Source of the DNA: a virus
Reading direction: 5' to 3' (one strand)
Virus record (IMG/VR): IMGVR_UViG_3300042888_002402
Length of the DNA stretch: 64,000 nucleotides
Below are positions 29,801 to 36,416 of this stretch, piece by piece (within the stretch, counting starts at the first letter, position 1; the number at the start of each line of letters is the position of its first letter). Under the pieces are notes generated by a model. That model saw nothing but the letters and a program-made list of their open reading frames with translations, did not search any database and was not told the DNA's origin. The position numbers and the translations under genes are program-made.

Positions 29801-32137
29801 CAACCCGGGTTGAGTTTGCCGTTGTTGATCAACGGTATTGATTACCCTGGAGTTCAAGTCACTGCACCAACCTATAATCAAAACACAGGGTTTGATGTTG
29901 GTAATTTTGATATCAACCCATTTGATAATTTTTTTGTAAGTCCGGGCGGATTTATAACCTACGATCCTTCTATACTTGATACTGAGTACAGTAGTTCTTA
30001 TCTTGACATATATCTTGGCACACGGCCAACTGATATAAATGTATCGGGCGGTGCCTATATTAGTCCCTACAGTAGTCATGCACCAGAAGAACTGGTACCA
30101 GGTGCAGAATTTGACACCTTAGATTTTAGAGTTTACACAACACCTGGAGCAGATTGGCTTAGTAGAGGTCATGGATTCCCGTTGATTGTAAAAAGATATA
30201 CCTATGATCCGGCAAGTCCTGCACTGTACTTTGGAGATTTGTTACCGTACCCAATGGTAGTACTGGCCTGGAATATAACCACTGGCGTGGGTCTCCAACC
30301 AAGTTCTTATGATTGGGTTAATTACACATTGACTGTGACACAGGCTGTCACTGCAGGCGATGTGATACAACTTTCAGTTGTGGCCACTGGTGGCGGCAAC
30401 CAACTGATGAGTGACACCTACATTGGGTCCAATATTGGTAACACAATAATTATACCTTTTCCTTACAGTGCCATCAGTGGATTTGTTATCTATAACAGCG
30501 AAAATGGTCCGTTGCAGCCTGGAGTTGATTATACCTATGTCTCCTATGCTGCTAATAAAACTCAAATAACTTTTGCAACCACTTATGGTGCCACTGACAG
30601 GATCAATCTAACCTGTCTTGGGTATGCAGCCAGTGGCCCAACATACAGCTGGAGTCTGCCTGTAATTCAAACTTTTGTAATTACCAATTCAGCAGTGTTG
30701 ACTTATACACTGACCAACAGCTTGCAAGGTACAAATCCAGTTAATTTAATAGTCATGCGAAACGGAGTTCGCGCTCGTCCGTATTCTAGTGTTGACTATG
30801 TCAGTGACGGCTCAAGTTTGGAATACTATCTGCCAGACCGCGGAGGATACAGCCAAGAAAGTATTGCTGATGCTGATGTGTCGGTATACGAAAATAGCCA
30901 ATTGTTAACTCAAAATGTTGACTATGTTGTTGACGCCTGGGACCCGTCATCGCTGCGTACCATAACATTAACCAATCCTGCCACATCGGGCACAGTTGTG
31001 TTGATTTCTATCAGCACTGACGCTCAGTACTCTATATCTGGCAATCAACTAACGTTCTTGCCAAGTGAAGGGTTAAGCCCTCAAGTTGGAGACACCATTG
31101 AAATCATAACCTGGAACGACACGTCTGAACAACGATTATTAACACAGGTCTGGGTAGGCCCGATAACCGAAGGCGTGTTAGTTAGTCAAGCATTTGATTC
31201 AACTGATTTTGACAACCCACCTGGGCCTCCGTCGGCTGACCCAGGACTATTTGATCAATCCAGTGGCATTCAAATACAAACAAATATATTTGACACTGGA
31301 AGAGAAATATTAGATCCAGAACGAATACTGGTAACACTGAATGGCAGTTTCTTGATCAACGGCAATGGTTACATTGTTGACGGATCTAAGATAATAATAC
31401 CTGGCCCACCTATTAGCACAATAGCAGTGCTGGCAGTCACAAGCTTTGCGCAATTTTCTGTACCAGCTGCTATGGCCTTCCGCATATTCCAAGACATGCG
31501 CGGTATACAAGCTACCTATAGAATAACAGCAAATACCACAACCACATTGGTACAACCGGTGTCCATGACCGACGATGTAATTTATGTGGCAGATGCCGCA
31601 GCTCTTATTGAACCAAACTTGGCAGACAATGTTTGGGGTGCACTGACCATCGATGGTGAACGTATTATGTATCGTGAGAGAAACACCACAAACAACACAG
31701 TCAGTAGTTTGTTGAGAGGAACTGCTGGAACTGCCAACGCATCACACACAGTAGGAGCCACAGTATACAATATTGGTCCTGGAAATTTACTATCAGCAGA
31801 GTATCAAAACTATGTGGTTGTCGACAGCGCACTAGGCGACGGGTCAACCACAGTATACGTGGCCGACAACATTGATGTTGGCAACATGGACAGTACAACA
31901 ATGGAAGAAGCAGTGCAAGTGTACATTGGCGGAACATTGCAAACTTCTGGATATGTTATAACTGCTGACAACCCTGTCACGGTAGAATTCGCCACTGCAC
32001 CACCAGCTGGTGTAGAAGTAGATATTTTGGTACGTAGAGCATTGACCTGGTACGCACCCGGAGCAGGAACTCCTAGCAATGGTGAACCACTACAAGAAAC
32101 TGAAACCGCGGCAGCAAGATTCCTGCGTGGACTTTGA
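17816..32137 (+). CDS. Giant 4773-aa virion protein (gp7-position baseplate wedge/adhesin) with FG-GAP propeller, CBM-like and beta-sandwich repeats
   Basis: Uninterrupted 14.3-kb ORF coupled to gp6; starts RTVDFLPEIFQT..NKQFL; has IQEVKPYHT, seven FG-GAP-like blades, two WQP..Y..G..V.Y....W motifs, many V..NG.L.....DY repeats and GSGY repeats. Confidence 0.8.
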   Translation: MATVRTVDFLPEIFQTPVNKQFLAATLDQLVQEPKFKKSQGFIGQRVGPGVNANDQYVIEPTKSRNDYQLEPGVVQIDPVDAKKIVDVITYPGITDALTLQGGITNNADYLYTSDYYTWDPFVDFDKFVNYAQYFWLPNGPMAVDVSATGVPVTDSFTVTRANGVYTFSGYAGNNPVLTLVKGGNYTFNVAQNTTETITYRVTNSGTSAYVINQESNPSLTLVRGNTYYFNLSLTGAFPFFIKTIASLGPVNVYSNGVINNGASDGQIIFTVPQDAPDVLFYCNPVEFNLRGQFNIIDATAGTGNDFWIQTDPGINGRIPATPNISSRTILGVTNNGIDLGTITFDVPLSDAQSFYYNLPAIPLNNGTVDLITTTLQFNQVNNQFLDAFYTANPNGIDGITNLNGRTIVFTATQGWEITSFFDPLVTGQNGQPGSFDSLPFDNTTFITNPEEQYSVWRIQYQTDSGGQVYLSLTSVATVPELDKFTILFGNQWASTQWYKDVDGYFEQIPLLTAARSVLWYQDGTDPNIFGQIRLIDQTGVSTLDIDTIIGQKTYTSPNGVTFTNGMKVIFRGTTAPASYSNNEYYIEGVGTAIQLLPVTNFVTPEPYVEAQYALINSDSALNGPLTPDYLTINRASGDLNPWSRSNRWVQIDVINASAAYNNTVPVLDNNFRARRPILEFRAGTRLFNFGTQGKPPVNIIDFTQTDALRTVNGSIGFGTDGYELVSGDRVVFAADIDPVVRRTIYQVSFIIPDTVPPLISQPLISLIPAADSPALLDQSVLCLNGNTLQGQSFRYDGVNWAEEQQKLNVNQPPQFDIYDADGISFGDRVKYSSSNFLGSSLFSYAVGSGPLDLYLGFPLTYLSLTNIGDIVFDNNFYADSFTYTLNTVGQTVPLSSGFVRQYSTRLLYDREIGWQNGITQSQIRQQFQFVYDGSPSLLDIAVSTGTVVPAVQVFINATFQESYNYRVSIGTNTTTITWLTEYAPGDLIEIQVLSDQVSTNGFFQVPMNLENNPLNGNSTQFTLGTIRNHYSTIAQNLIGLQGPVIGANNTRDLGNLIPYGLQILQQSSPLTLAGYFMRDPNYDVFASLDFNSREYIKFKSLLLNTVISNDYGTMTIPEILDSAIAQITVGRTNLSPFYWSDMLPTGTTFISNSTTVSQITTSVFNTSQTYNFTESNYLGLLVYLNDVLLVRNYDYIVSVDSPVLTITVPLSVGDVVTINEYSDTVGNFVPNTPTKLGLYPKFKPEIFYNPDYLNPVLVIQGHDGSITISFGDFRDEILLEFEKRIYDNLKNDGNPVPLVAEDVVPGFFRTTDYTQAQITQILSESFLTWVGQNKVDYKTQNYIATNPFTYNYSVSGNKLNEEPLLGAWRGIYRYFYDTTSPNLTPWEMLGFSEQPAWWTARYGPVPYTSDNLVLWGDLEAGYIADPIAPYIDPRYVRPGLTTVIPVDSQGELLSPLQSVVGLYNPNAWRKSWVVGDGGPTEASWWASSSYPFAVMRLLALTRPAEFFSLFVDRDLYRYNAEFEQYLYNDRYRINANEIQVYGNGVSKASYINWIIDYNQQLGINSSSALTRDLANLDVRLCYRMAAFTDKQYANIYLEKSSPDSQNSSLLLPPESWNLLLYANQPFGEIVYSSLIIQQLESGFTVYGYSNVQPYFPIVASATNGTTQTISAGGTDVIVPAQYTNNIVNIPYGYNFSNATIVVDFILSYGVFLTSQGLVFDGVQNGYTLNWAQMAQEFLYWSQQGWAPGTIINLNPGASKITAYKPGAVVAAVTSLTPENQLTDQNKQSIKSRDLIVQRYGDTFTISSATNQTISYLDLKFTNYENMAVLDNVSIFNDLIYNPITAERQSRMAWKASISSDWDGTLNAQGFVLNQNNVDQWQPSVKYTKGEIVIYKNTYWSALNIIQPSTTFDYANWVKSDYAMIAQGLLPNIANKADQQANSYNIYDANLASDNDLLAFGLTGFRPRQYMVDLDLDDVSQIQLYQNFIASKGTRLSAELFTQANLRRETGQYNIYENWGILIGTYGANANRSWFELNLNQALLTANPSTVQIIQPGQSSQADQTIFLSNLWSESYAIPTVNILPTTYGTNLDTALPSAGYVNVDDVDITVFNLNDPEAINANIDTIGNGTIIWVAQVNSYDWGIFKCIQIPSSMTLLSNNLNGTSVAQFTGTHGRSVGDVIIIRYFNDGVNGVYRVLSVPTPTTLVVAFAFTNTNQSQITGTGLVFYLQSTRVAQASDINNLPFVNDLVSGAKVWVDNDGFGHWEVLEKTAPFNIADTLTPFTLFTDSLFGTSVSQTTNHQSALVGAPQALSGAGAIYTYRQNNIVPYVDNILLTLNATGTAGYGNSAKFGNNNWAIAGASASNGNAGYATTLYQVPGSNSYLQTQLLVAPDQNFGPTRFGSAVAISFDERWMYISAPGADAVYAYGRVDVPVQSVTYTSNGTTSSFNWSESITIDPTYPNQLLVIVNNLIAIEGINYYINANVVQFFTAPAAGQPITLRRRQAAQIDRQDYFNIEQNSTSGTGVGAAFTVVNTRGVYNPTITTAGTGYAVNDTLTIDYTQICPNGSGANNLVITVTEVQAGAITAFSFAGSGVTTNNGFALVEYLNTVSDIYSFTVTVNGVLQRPHLDYDFNSDSSLDFGLLEFNTIPPAGADIAVSASTYWQYINSITVNGLGADAIFGSSLDTSTDGRQLLVGTINDSANTPTGTVQLAGSVYVYNRSSVSYQITNAAQTTYVIPGTYTDPVAVLLNNTYLTNTAQYINGQYTVSGSNIILNTDLTLTIGDILTIETNQFQLVEKITANIPAAQSAFGYAVTICPNNCSVYVGSPLSSQSGVVQSGAVARFANQTRIYGVITSTVANPTLIAGDTIRVNDIEVAVPVAPDNNLAGLVDAINAANVPNAAATLTPNVEFVGDGTTKIYNVGSIYSAAESYTTVVYVNSTLQTAGVDYTYNNTTQQIIFVTAPGANSAIIVVSGRITISVINATSVSPFNKLSVFPGLVNSAFDTIGFNLYVWAQDILSPNPTDYAQFGSSIGVNSDAINIVVGAPNGNVYEREIFDGGSTYFDDRSTTFFNPIVNSGVVYTYDYLSGTSAAFVSLTNPGAFVFGQQVYSTQLATGDQFGTAVNYISNRLLIGAPGSDLGDSSVNYGEAYVFNNPTGSLAWTPTYFQEPVVDTNLLNTVYSYDKLLNSTQTYYDFIDPLQGKILGAARQNIDYIGAVDPANYNQGSVHNVGTSWGSAHVGEIWWDTNRVRFINPSQDDIVYASKRWGQVFPGSNVDVYQWIESLVTPANYAGPGTPLSTISYTVATTVDNNGIFETYYYFWVRGIATINTAVGKTLSTTGIASYILNPIGSGIPYIAGLNASTVAIYNAGSLLSAQDTILHVGFDRQATSGDVHAEYAFIADGQADSFLNANLYRKLLDSFCGVDVLGNLVPDPMLSPGQQYGVQFRPRQSMFIDRFTALQNYLTRANNVLAQYPISEIRSFNLLNSSEPKPAPNTGAWNFEVPNLETLRYQNLAQVPLGYLYLVDSDSSQQGLWTIYEVAQGSILGQRVLNLTRIQNYDTTLYWNYINWYLPGYNSSTQIVATVANYSDLSTLTLQTAPIGTSVKVSANSQGKFEIYNRTATGWDRVALQDGTIEFSAKLWNYALGPYGFDAEVFDAQYFDQEPVIETRQIIRALNQEIYIDDLLIERNQSLILMFNFIYSEFTAPEWLIKTSFINVDHRLQALLPYQLYQPENQTFVEDYIQEVKPYHTQILNFNLIYDGTDTYAGSLTDYDVPAYWNTDLQIPQFVSPVLTPYTSALSTTENFNSDAASNAAVWLQFPWNQWYNNYLLEIQDVIVVNGGSGYSYNNPPTVTVTGTCVTPATMTATVNGAGQVTAINIITPGAGYSTTAQIVLTSAVGSGAICVAQMANDLVRSIRTVIKYDRYEYQSSIVEWQPNVVYTQGTQVRYVNVVWSANTTQSSASFLPSDWTLVSADSLSGVNRTQGFYTPGPDQPGLSLPLLINGIDYPGVQVTAPTYNQNTGFDVGNFDINPFDNFFVSPGGFITYDPSILDTEYSSSYLDIYLGTRPTDINVSGGAYISPYSSHAPEELVPGAEFDTLDFRVYTTPGADWLSRGHGFPLIVKRYTYDPASPALYFGDLLPYPMVVLAWNITTGVGLQPSSYDWVNYTLTVTQAVTAGDVIQLSVVATGGGNQLMSDTYIGSNIGNTIIIPFPYSAISGFVIYNSENGPLQPGVDYTYVSYAANKTQITFATTYGATDRINLTCLGYAASGPTYSWSLPVIQTFVITNSAVLTYTLTNSLQGTNPVNLIVMRNGVRARPYSSVDYVSDGSSLEYYLPDRGGYSQESIADADVSVYENSQLLTQNVDYVVDAWDPSSLRTITLTNPATSGTVVLISISTDAQYSISGNQLTFLPSEGLSPQVGDTIEIITWNDTSEQRLLTQVWVGPITEGVLVSQAFDSTDFDNPPGPPSADPGLFDQSSGIQIQTNIFDTGREILDPERILVTLNGSFLINGNGYIVDGSKIIIPGPPISTIAVLAVTSFAQFSVPAAMAFRIFQDMRGIQATYRITANTTTTLVQPVSMTDDVIYVADAAALIEPNLADNVWGALTIDGERIMYRERNTTNNTVSSLLRGTAGTANASHTVGATVYNIGPGNLLSAEYQNYVVVDSALGDGSTTVYVADNIDVGNMDSTTMEEAVQVYIGGTLQTSGYVITADNPVTVEFATAPPAGVEVDILVRRALTWYAPGAGTPSNGEPLQETETAAARFLRGL

Positions 32138-32143
32138 TCAAGG

Positions 32144-32149
32144 TAAATA
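32144..32149 (+). promoter_or_regulatory. Putative late promoter GGTAAATA, 4 nt before ATG 32154
   Basis: GGTAAATATATCATG, same spacing as at 13973. Confidence 0.55.
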
Positions 32150-32153
32150 TATC

Positions 32154-32303
32154 ATGACTGAAAATAAAACGACAAAACAACCCGTGCCAGAGGTTAAAAC
32201 TACAACCAAACGACCTGACGAAACAGGAAGTATTTCGGTTGAAGGTTTTGTAAGGATTTTTGATCCAAACACAAAAGAAAAATTTGTGGAGAAACGAGCA
32301 TGA
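32154..32303 (+). CDS. Small protein (49 aa) similar to the N-terminus of the next gene
   Basis: MTENK...RPDETGSISVEGFVRIFDPNTKEKFVEKRA; ATG 32154 follows the promoter motif; ATGA overlap with 32300. Confidence 0.65.
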   Translation: MTENKTTKQPVPEVKTTTKRPDETGSISVEGFVRIFDPNTKEKFVEKRA

Positions 32304-32908
32304 TTATTCAACCTGGACTGGCCAAAATAGAAGGATTTGTCAAGATTCACGACCCCAAAACTGGGGAAATTTTACTTGATAAAAAAAATGCAATTCACTA
32401 CGAAAATATCAGCATCTGTATGGCACAGATGCTGAGCGACAAAAATCTTGGATACATCTATCAAATGGCTTTTGGTAATGGTGGCAGCGCAGTGGATCCC
32501 ACTGGTGTTATTACCTATTTGCCACCCAACACCACTGGTCAAAATGCAGATTTATACAATGAAACTTATTACAAAGTGGTTGACAATAATTCAGCTGCAA
32601 ACCTAGATCCTGCCAACAACTACATAACAGTGCTGCACACATCTGGTAATGTGTACACTGACATAGTAGTGACTTGTTTGTTGGACTACGGTGAGCCTGC
32701 AGGACAACAGGCCTTTGACAACAGCACCAATTTCAACGGTGAATATGTGTTTGATGAATTGGGATTAAAATGTTGGTTTGGTAGTTCTACTAATTTGTTG
32801 TTGATCACGCATGTTATATTTCACCCAGTGCAAAAAAGTTTAAATCGTCAAATACAAATTGACTATACTTTGCGCATCCAAACCTTGACCAACCTGAGTG
32901 CAGCATAA
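32300..32908 (+). CDS. Baseplate/tail-fibre attachment structural protein
   Basis: MAFGNGG, LYNETY.K, LDYGEP, FDELGL, THVIFHPVQKS..R.IQIDYTL resemble tail-collar/fibre N-terminal-type domains; position in the tail module. Confidence 0.55.
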   Translation: MIIQPGLAKIEGFVKIHDPKTGEILLDKKNAIHYENISICMAQMLSDKNLGYIYQMAFGNGGSAVDPTGVITYLPPNTTGQNADLYNETYYKVVDNNSAANLDPANNYITVLHTSGNVYTDIVVTCLLDYGEPAGQQAFDNSTNFNGEYVFDELGLKCWFGSSTNLLLITHVIFHPVQKSLNRQIQIDYTLRIQTLTNLSAA

Positions 32909-32955
32909 ATATGTGTACATTAACACGCACTAAATACACAATGACGGAGTAAATA
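32906..32955 (+). promoter_or_regulatory. Cluster of three TAAATA late-promoter-like motifs
   Basis: TAAATA at 32906, 32931 and 32950 in the ~50-nt gap before the tail-fibre-like gene; GGAG RBS at 32946. Confidence 0.45.
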
Positions 32956-32959
32956 AAAG

Positions 32960-34240
32960 ATGTCGTATACAATAACTTTAACCGATGGCGCGGTATTTGC
33001 TACCATAGCAGATGGCACCATTAATACCGCTAGTTCAATGACACTAGTAGGTAAAAATTATGCTGGGTATGGTCAATTTTTAAATGACGACATTATACGC
33101 CTATTAGAATCTGGGTCAAACACTACTGCTCCTAGTGCACCGTTACAAGGACAACTTTGGTTTGATTCCACCGCAGGCCTACTTAAAGTATACAACGGCA
33201 CAGTTTTTAAAACTATCAGTGCAGCCACTGCTAGCACAACTGCACCTAGCAGCAACAGCACTGGTGATTTATGGTTTGATACTACCAATCAACAACTTAA
33301 TGTTTGGACTAGTACTGCTTGGTTACTGGTTGGCCCACAATTCACAGCCGGACAGGGTATAACAGGTGCAATTCCTGCTACCATTGTAGATAACACCAGT
33401 GTAGCTCACCAGTGCATTGAACTTTATACTAACAACAACATCGTGGGTATTGTGAGCCAAGACGCAACATTTACACCTCAAGTTGCCATTAGTGGATTTA
33501 CAACCATCCGTCCTGGTATTACATTGGCCACTCTGGTGGGTGCCAATGTTCCTTTGTTCCAAGGTACTGCTACTAATGCTCAAGCACTAAACAGTTTAGC
33601 AAGTAGTTCGTTTTTGCGAGCGGATGCAAATACCAGCACAACAGGCACACTGAGTGTGCTAAACAATTCAGGATTGGCAGTGGGAATCAACAGTGATTTT
33701 AGGGTTACAGTTGCTGGAACTGCAATTACTGTGGCCAACCAAACTTCAAATGGTAACATTAACTTTAATGTTAACCAAGGCGGAACTCCAACCACAGTGA
33801 TGTCAATCAATGGCAGCACCGGTGTTATCAGTGGCAATCAAATTAATGCTAACTATGCTGACATGGCAGAACGTTTTGCCGCAGACTCAGCATACGAAGC
33901 AGGCACAGTGGTGGAACTAGGCGGCAATGAAGAAATTACCATGGCCGCACAGGATCTAAGTGAAACTGTGTTTGGTGTCATAAGCACTCATGCAGCCTAT
34001 TTAATGAACGGCCGTGCTGGTACTGATATCACTCACCCGCCTGTGGCAATGACTGGAAGAGTTCCAGTCAAATCTGTTGGCGTCATACACAAAGGCGATC
34101 GACTGGTGTCTGCTGGCAACGGCCGGGCCAGAGCTGCTCAATCTGGGGAAGCAACTGCATTTAATGTAATTGGACGTGCGTTACAAGATAAATTAGATGC
34201 AGGCGAAGGCATGGTAGAAGCCATAGTCACAATAACATAA
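32960..34240 (+). CDS. Tail fibre/short fibre-like protein with C-terminal peptidase G2 (IMC autoproteolytic)-like domain
   Basis: LVGKNYAGYG, two G.LWFD....L.V repeats, C-terminal YADMAERF...GTVV.LGG...PVAMTGRVPVK...KGDRLVS...IGRAL. Confidence 0.7.
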   Translation: MSYTITLTDGAVFATIADGTINTASSMTLVGKNYAGYGQFLNDDIIRLLESGSNTTAPSAPLQGQLWFDSTAGLLKVYNGTVFKTISAATASTTAPSSNSTGDLWFDTTNQQLNVWTSTAWLLVGPQFTAGQGITGAIPATIVDNTSVAHQCIELYTNNNIVGIVSQDATFTPQVAISGFTTIRPGITLATLVGANVPLFQGTATNAQALNSLASSSFLRADANTSTTGTLSVLNNSGLAVGINSDFRVTVAGTAITVANQTSNGNINFNVNQGGTPTTVMSINGSTGVISGNQINANYADMAERFAADSAYEAGTVVELGGNEEITMAAQDLSETVFGVISTHAAYLMNGRAGTDITHPPVAMTGRVPVKSVGVIHKGDRLVSAGNGRARAAQSGEATAFNVIGRALQDKLDAGEGMVEAIVTIT

Positions 34241-34252
34241 CAGGATTTAAAA

Positions 34253-35236
34253 ATGACATATTCATCAGGCGGATTAATACAAGCAACTGATTATAATGGC
34301 TTTGCCAGCACAACATCAGGTGCAAACATAAATGCTGTGTGGGGCACTGCAACAAGCACTAGCGGGTATGGACAAGGAAACATTGCTACGGTCAGTGCCG
34401 CAGCCACAGTCACTGCCACACAATGGGCCACTCTCAACAACACCATTGCTGCAACAGCCAATCATCAAGGCACGTCAATAACTAGTAGAACCAATCCAAC
34501 GGCAGGCGATACCATTAGTATATTGTCCAATATTAACACTGACATAACAAATCTAAACACCAATCAAAATAACGCTTATGCAGTTGGCAGTCAGTTCACA
34601 GGATGGACCGGAACAACAGCCAAAACTACCAGTACTGGATCCGGCGGCACTGCTTGGACCCTAACTTTCACACACACAGTTACTTTTGCAAATACCACTG
34701 CACTGTACAGTTTCTTCAATGCGGGTGGCTATGTTCAATTACAATTTGGTAAAACATCAACTGGCACCAATGAAGACACAGCATGGAATGCTTTTGTTGG
34801 CAATGGCACTGCCAACGGAGTAGTGGGAAGAATTGTGCAAACTGGTGCAGCTGCATCTAAAACTATTGCTGGTTCATCTTACACTGGAACCACTAAATTT
34901 GGTGGCTCAGGCACACCAACCACACTAGCAACTTCAACAGGTGTGTATGCATTGACTGGCTCACCAACCACCATCTACAAACAATTTGACTCTGGAGCAG
35001 CTTATGCTGCCAATTATGTTCAAATCAATGCCAGCATCAGTGGCGCAGTGTTGACTTATACCACAACATGGTTTGATGACGGAACTGCTGTTTCTGCAGT
35101 GATTACTGGCGGTACTGCTCCTACTGGCGCTACATTTGGAACTGCACCAACAACATTGTGTACATACTACCCACCTGAAACAACATACCTAAGTAATACT
35201 TGGGGAACCCCAACAGTTGCTGCCACAGTGTCATAA
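34253..35236 (+). CDS. Thr/Gly/Ser-rich virion structural protein
   Basis: MTYSSGGLIQATDYN, GYGQ, VTATQW..L, FFNAGG; very few charged residues; last gene before the terminator. Confidence 0.6.
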   Translation: MTYSSGGLIQATDYNGFASTTSGANINAVWGTATSTSGYGQGNIATVSAAATVTATQWATLNNTIAATANHQGTSITSRTNPTAGDTISILSNINTDITNLNTNQNNAYAVGSQFTGWTGTTAKTTSTGSGGTAWTLTFTHTVTFANTTALYSFFNAGGYVQLQFGKTSTGTNEDTAWNAFVGNGTANGVVGRIVQTGAAASKTIAGSSYTGTTKFGGSGTPTTLATSTGVYALTGSPTTIYKQFDSGAAYAANYVQINASISGAVLTYTTTWFDDGTAVSAVITGGTAPTGATFGTAPTTLCTYYPPETTYLSNTWGTPTVAATVS

Positions 35237-35258
35237 CATCCAAAGTCTAGTATTACCA

Positions 35259-35284
35259 AAAGGGCCTTCGGGCCCTTTACTATT
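35259..35284 (+). terminator. Rho-independent terminator with C(UUCG)G tetraloop
   Basis: AAAGGGCC-TTCG-GGCCCTTT perfect 8-bp stem followed by ACTATT; ends the structural module. UUCG hairpins are typical of T4-like terminators. Confidence 0.85.
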
Positions 35285-35304
35285 GACCAAATTTAATGTA
35301 TAAT
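35276..35304 (+). promoter_or_regulatory. Sigma70/T4-early-like promoter for the enzyme cluster
   Basis: TTTACT-N17-TATAAT, overlapping the 3' arm of the terminator; ATG 35311 is 6 nt after the -10 box. Confidence 0.65.
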
Positions 35305-35310
35305 TAACAC

Positions 35311-35619
35311 ATGAATACTGATGAATTAATTGCACACAGTCGAGCCCGTTTTGATCATGCGGTTGCAAGACGGGTACTAAAAGAAAAATACCAAGCCAAA
35401 ATGACGTTTGCTTATGCTGGAGGTCTTTGGCAGGCTGGCCCCGAGCTACTGTGCTTGTTGGCTGCGTGTCCAGATCGTAGCTCTGCTGTAATTTTGGACC
35501 TGTATGAAACGCCAATACAAATCAATGTGGATGAGCTGGAACTTGCGGCAGCACAACGATGGCAGGAACAGATGAACGCATGGTTGGTAGAGTACACAGA
35601 AATTAATAAAAATAGATGA
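35311..35619 (+). CDS. Hypothetical protein
   Basis: 102-aa ORF after the promoter, ATGA-coupled to the next gene; no motif recognised. Confidence 0.7.
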   Translation: MNTDELIAHSRARFDHAVARRVLKEKYQAKMTFAYAGGLWQAGPELLCLLAACPDRSSAVILDLYETPIQINVDELELAAAQRWQEQMNAWLVEYTEINKNR

Positions 35620-36416
35620 CTACCGGAGTATTAATTTTTGCCTACAACAATGAGCATATTGATTATTTGGCCATGGCTGCATGGTCAGCAAAAAATATTC
35701 GTAGACATTTAAAATTACCTGTGTGCGTTGTGACTGATCTGCCAGTGCCGGCTGAATACAACTTTGAACAGGTGGTTTATGCAGCCACTGAGAGTCAAAA
35801 TTCACGTTGGTTTGCTGACATTGATGCCACTGTCACTTGGTACAATGGCAATAGATCCAATGCATACGAGCTGTCACCATGGGATCAAACACTGGTGTTG
35901 GATGCAGACTATGTGGTAGCAAGCAATCAACTGTCACGGTTATTAGCTATAGATCAAGATTTTCTTTGTCATCGTTGGGCCTACGATGTCACCGGGCTAC
36001 AACCATTCGACGACAATAACTTTTTTGGACTGCATCAAATGCCAATGAGTTGGGCAACTGTCATGCTATTTCAACGAAGTAAGACTGCAGAATTAATTTT
36101 TGAATCTATGCAAATGGTTAGAGACAACTGGAATCACTACAGAAATTTATACGGAATTCTAAAACCCACTTATCGCAATGATCATGCACTCAGCATTGCT
36201 TTGAATATTGTTGATGGCCACACATTACGTATTCCGGCCATACCGTGGCAATTGGCCACAGTGACTCCGGACAATCGCCTAACACACATTACACAAGACT
36301 CATACCGTGTGGATTTTACCACCGCAGACAAAAAAACACGTTGGATACAATTAACAAATGATTTTCATGCCATGGGCAAACAACATTTAGGAGCCATAAT
36401 TGCTAATAACACATGA
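35616..36416 (+). CDS. Putative glycosyltransferase, GT-A fold (GT8-like)
   Basis: GVLIFA...DYL.MA...SAKNI, SPWDQTLVLDADY (DxD), WATVMLF, RND.ALSIA, H.MGK. Confidence 0.65.
   Translation: MTTGVLIFAYNNEHIDYLAMAAWSAKNIRRHLKLPVCVVTDLPVPAEYNFEQVVYAATESQNSRWFADIDATVTWYNGNRSNAYELSPWDQTLVLDADYVVASNQLSRLLAIDQDFLCHRWAYDVTGLQPFDDNNFFGLHQMPMSWATVMLFQRSKTAELIFESMQMVRDNWNHYRNLYGILKPTYRNDHALSIALNIVDGHTLRIPAIPWQLATVTPDNRLTHITQDSYRVDFTTADKKTRWIQLTNDFHAMGKQHLGAIIANNT

Noticed and set aside
19660-31905. D-S-(A/S/T) loops in the giant protein (NSDSAL, NSDSSL, GDSSV, MDSTT) as O-glycosylation sequons
   Set aside because: Too short and too few to separate from chance in a Ser/Thr/Asp-rich protein without a statistical test.
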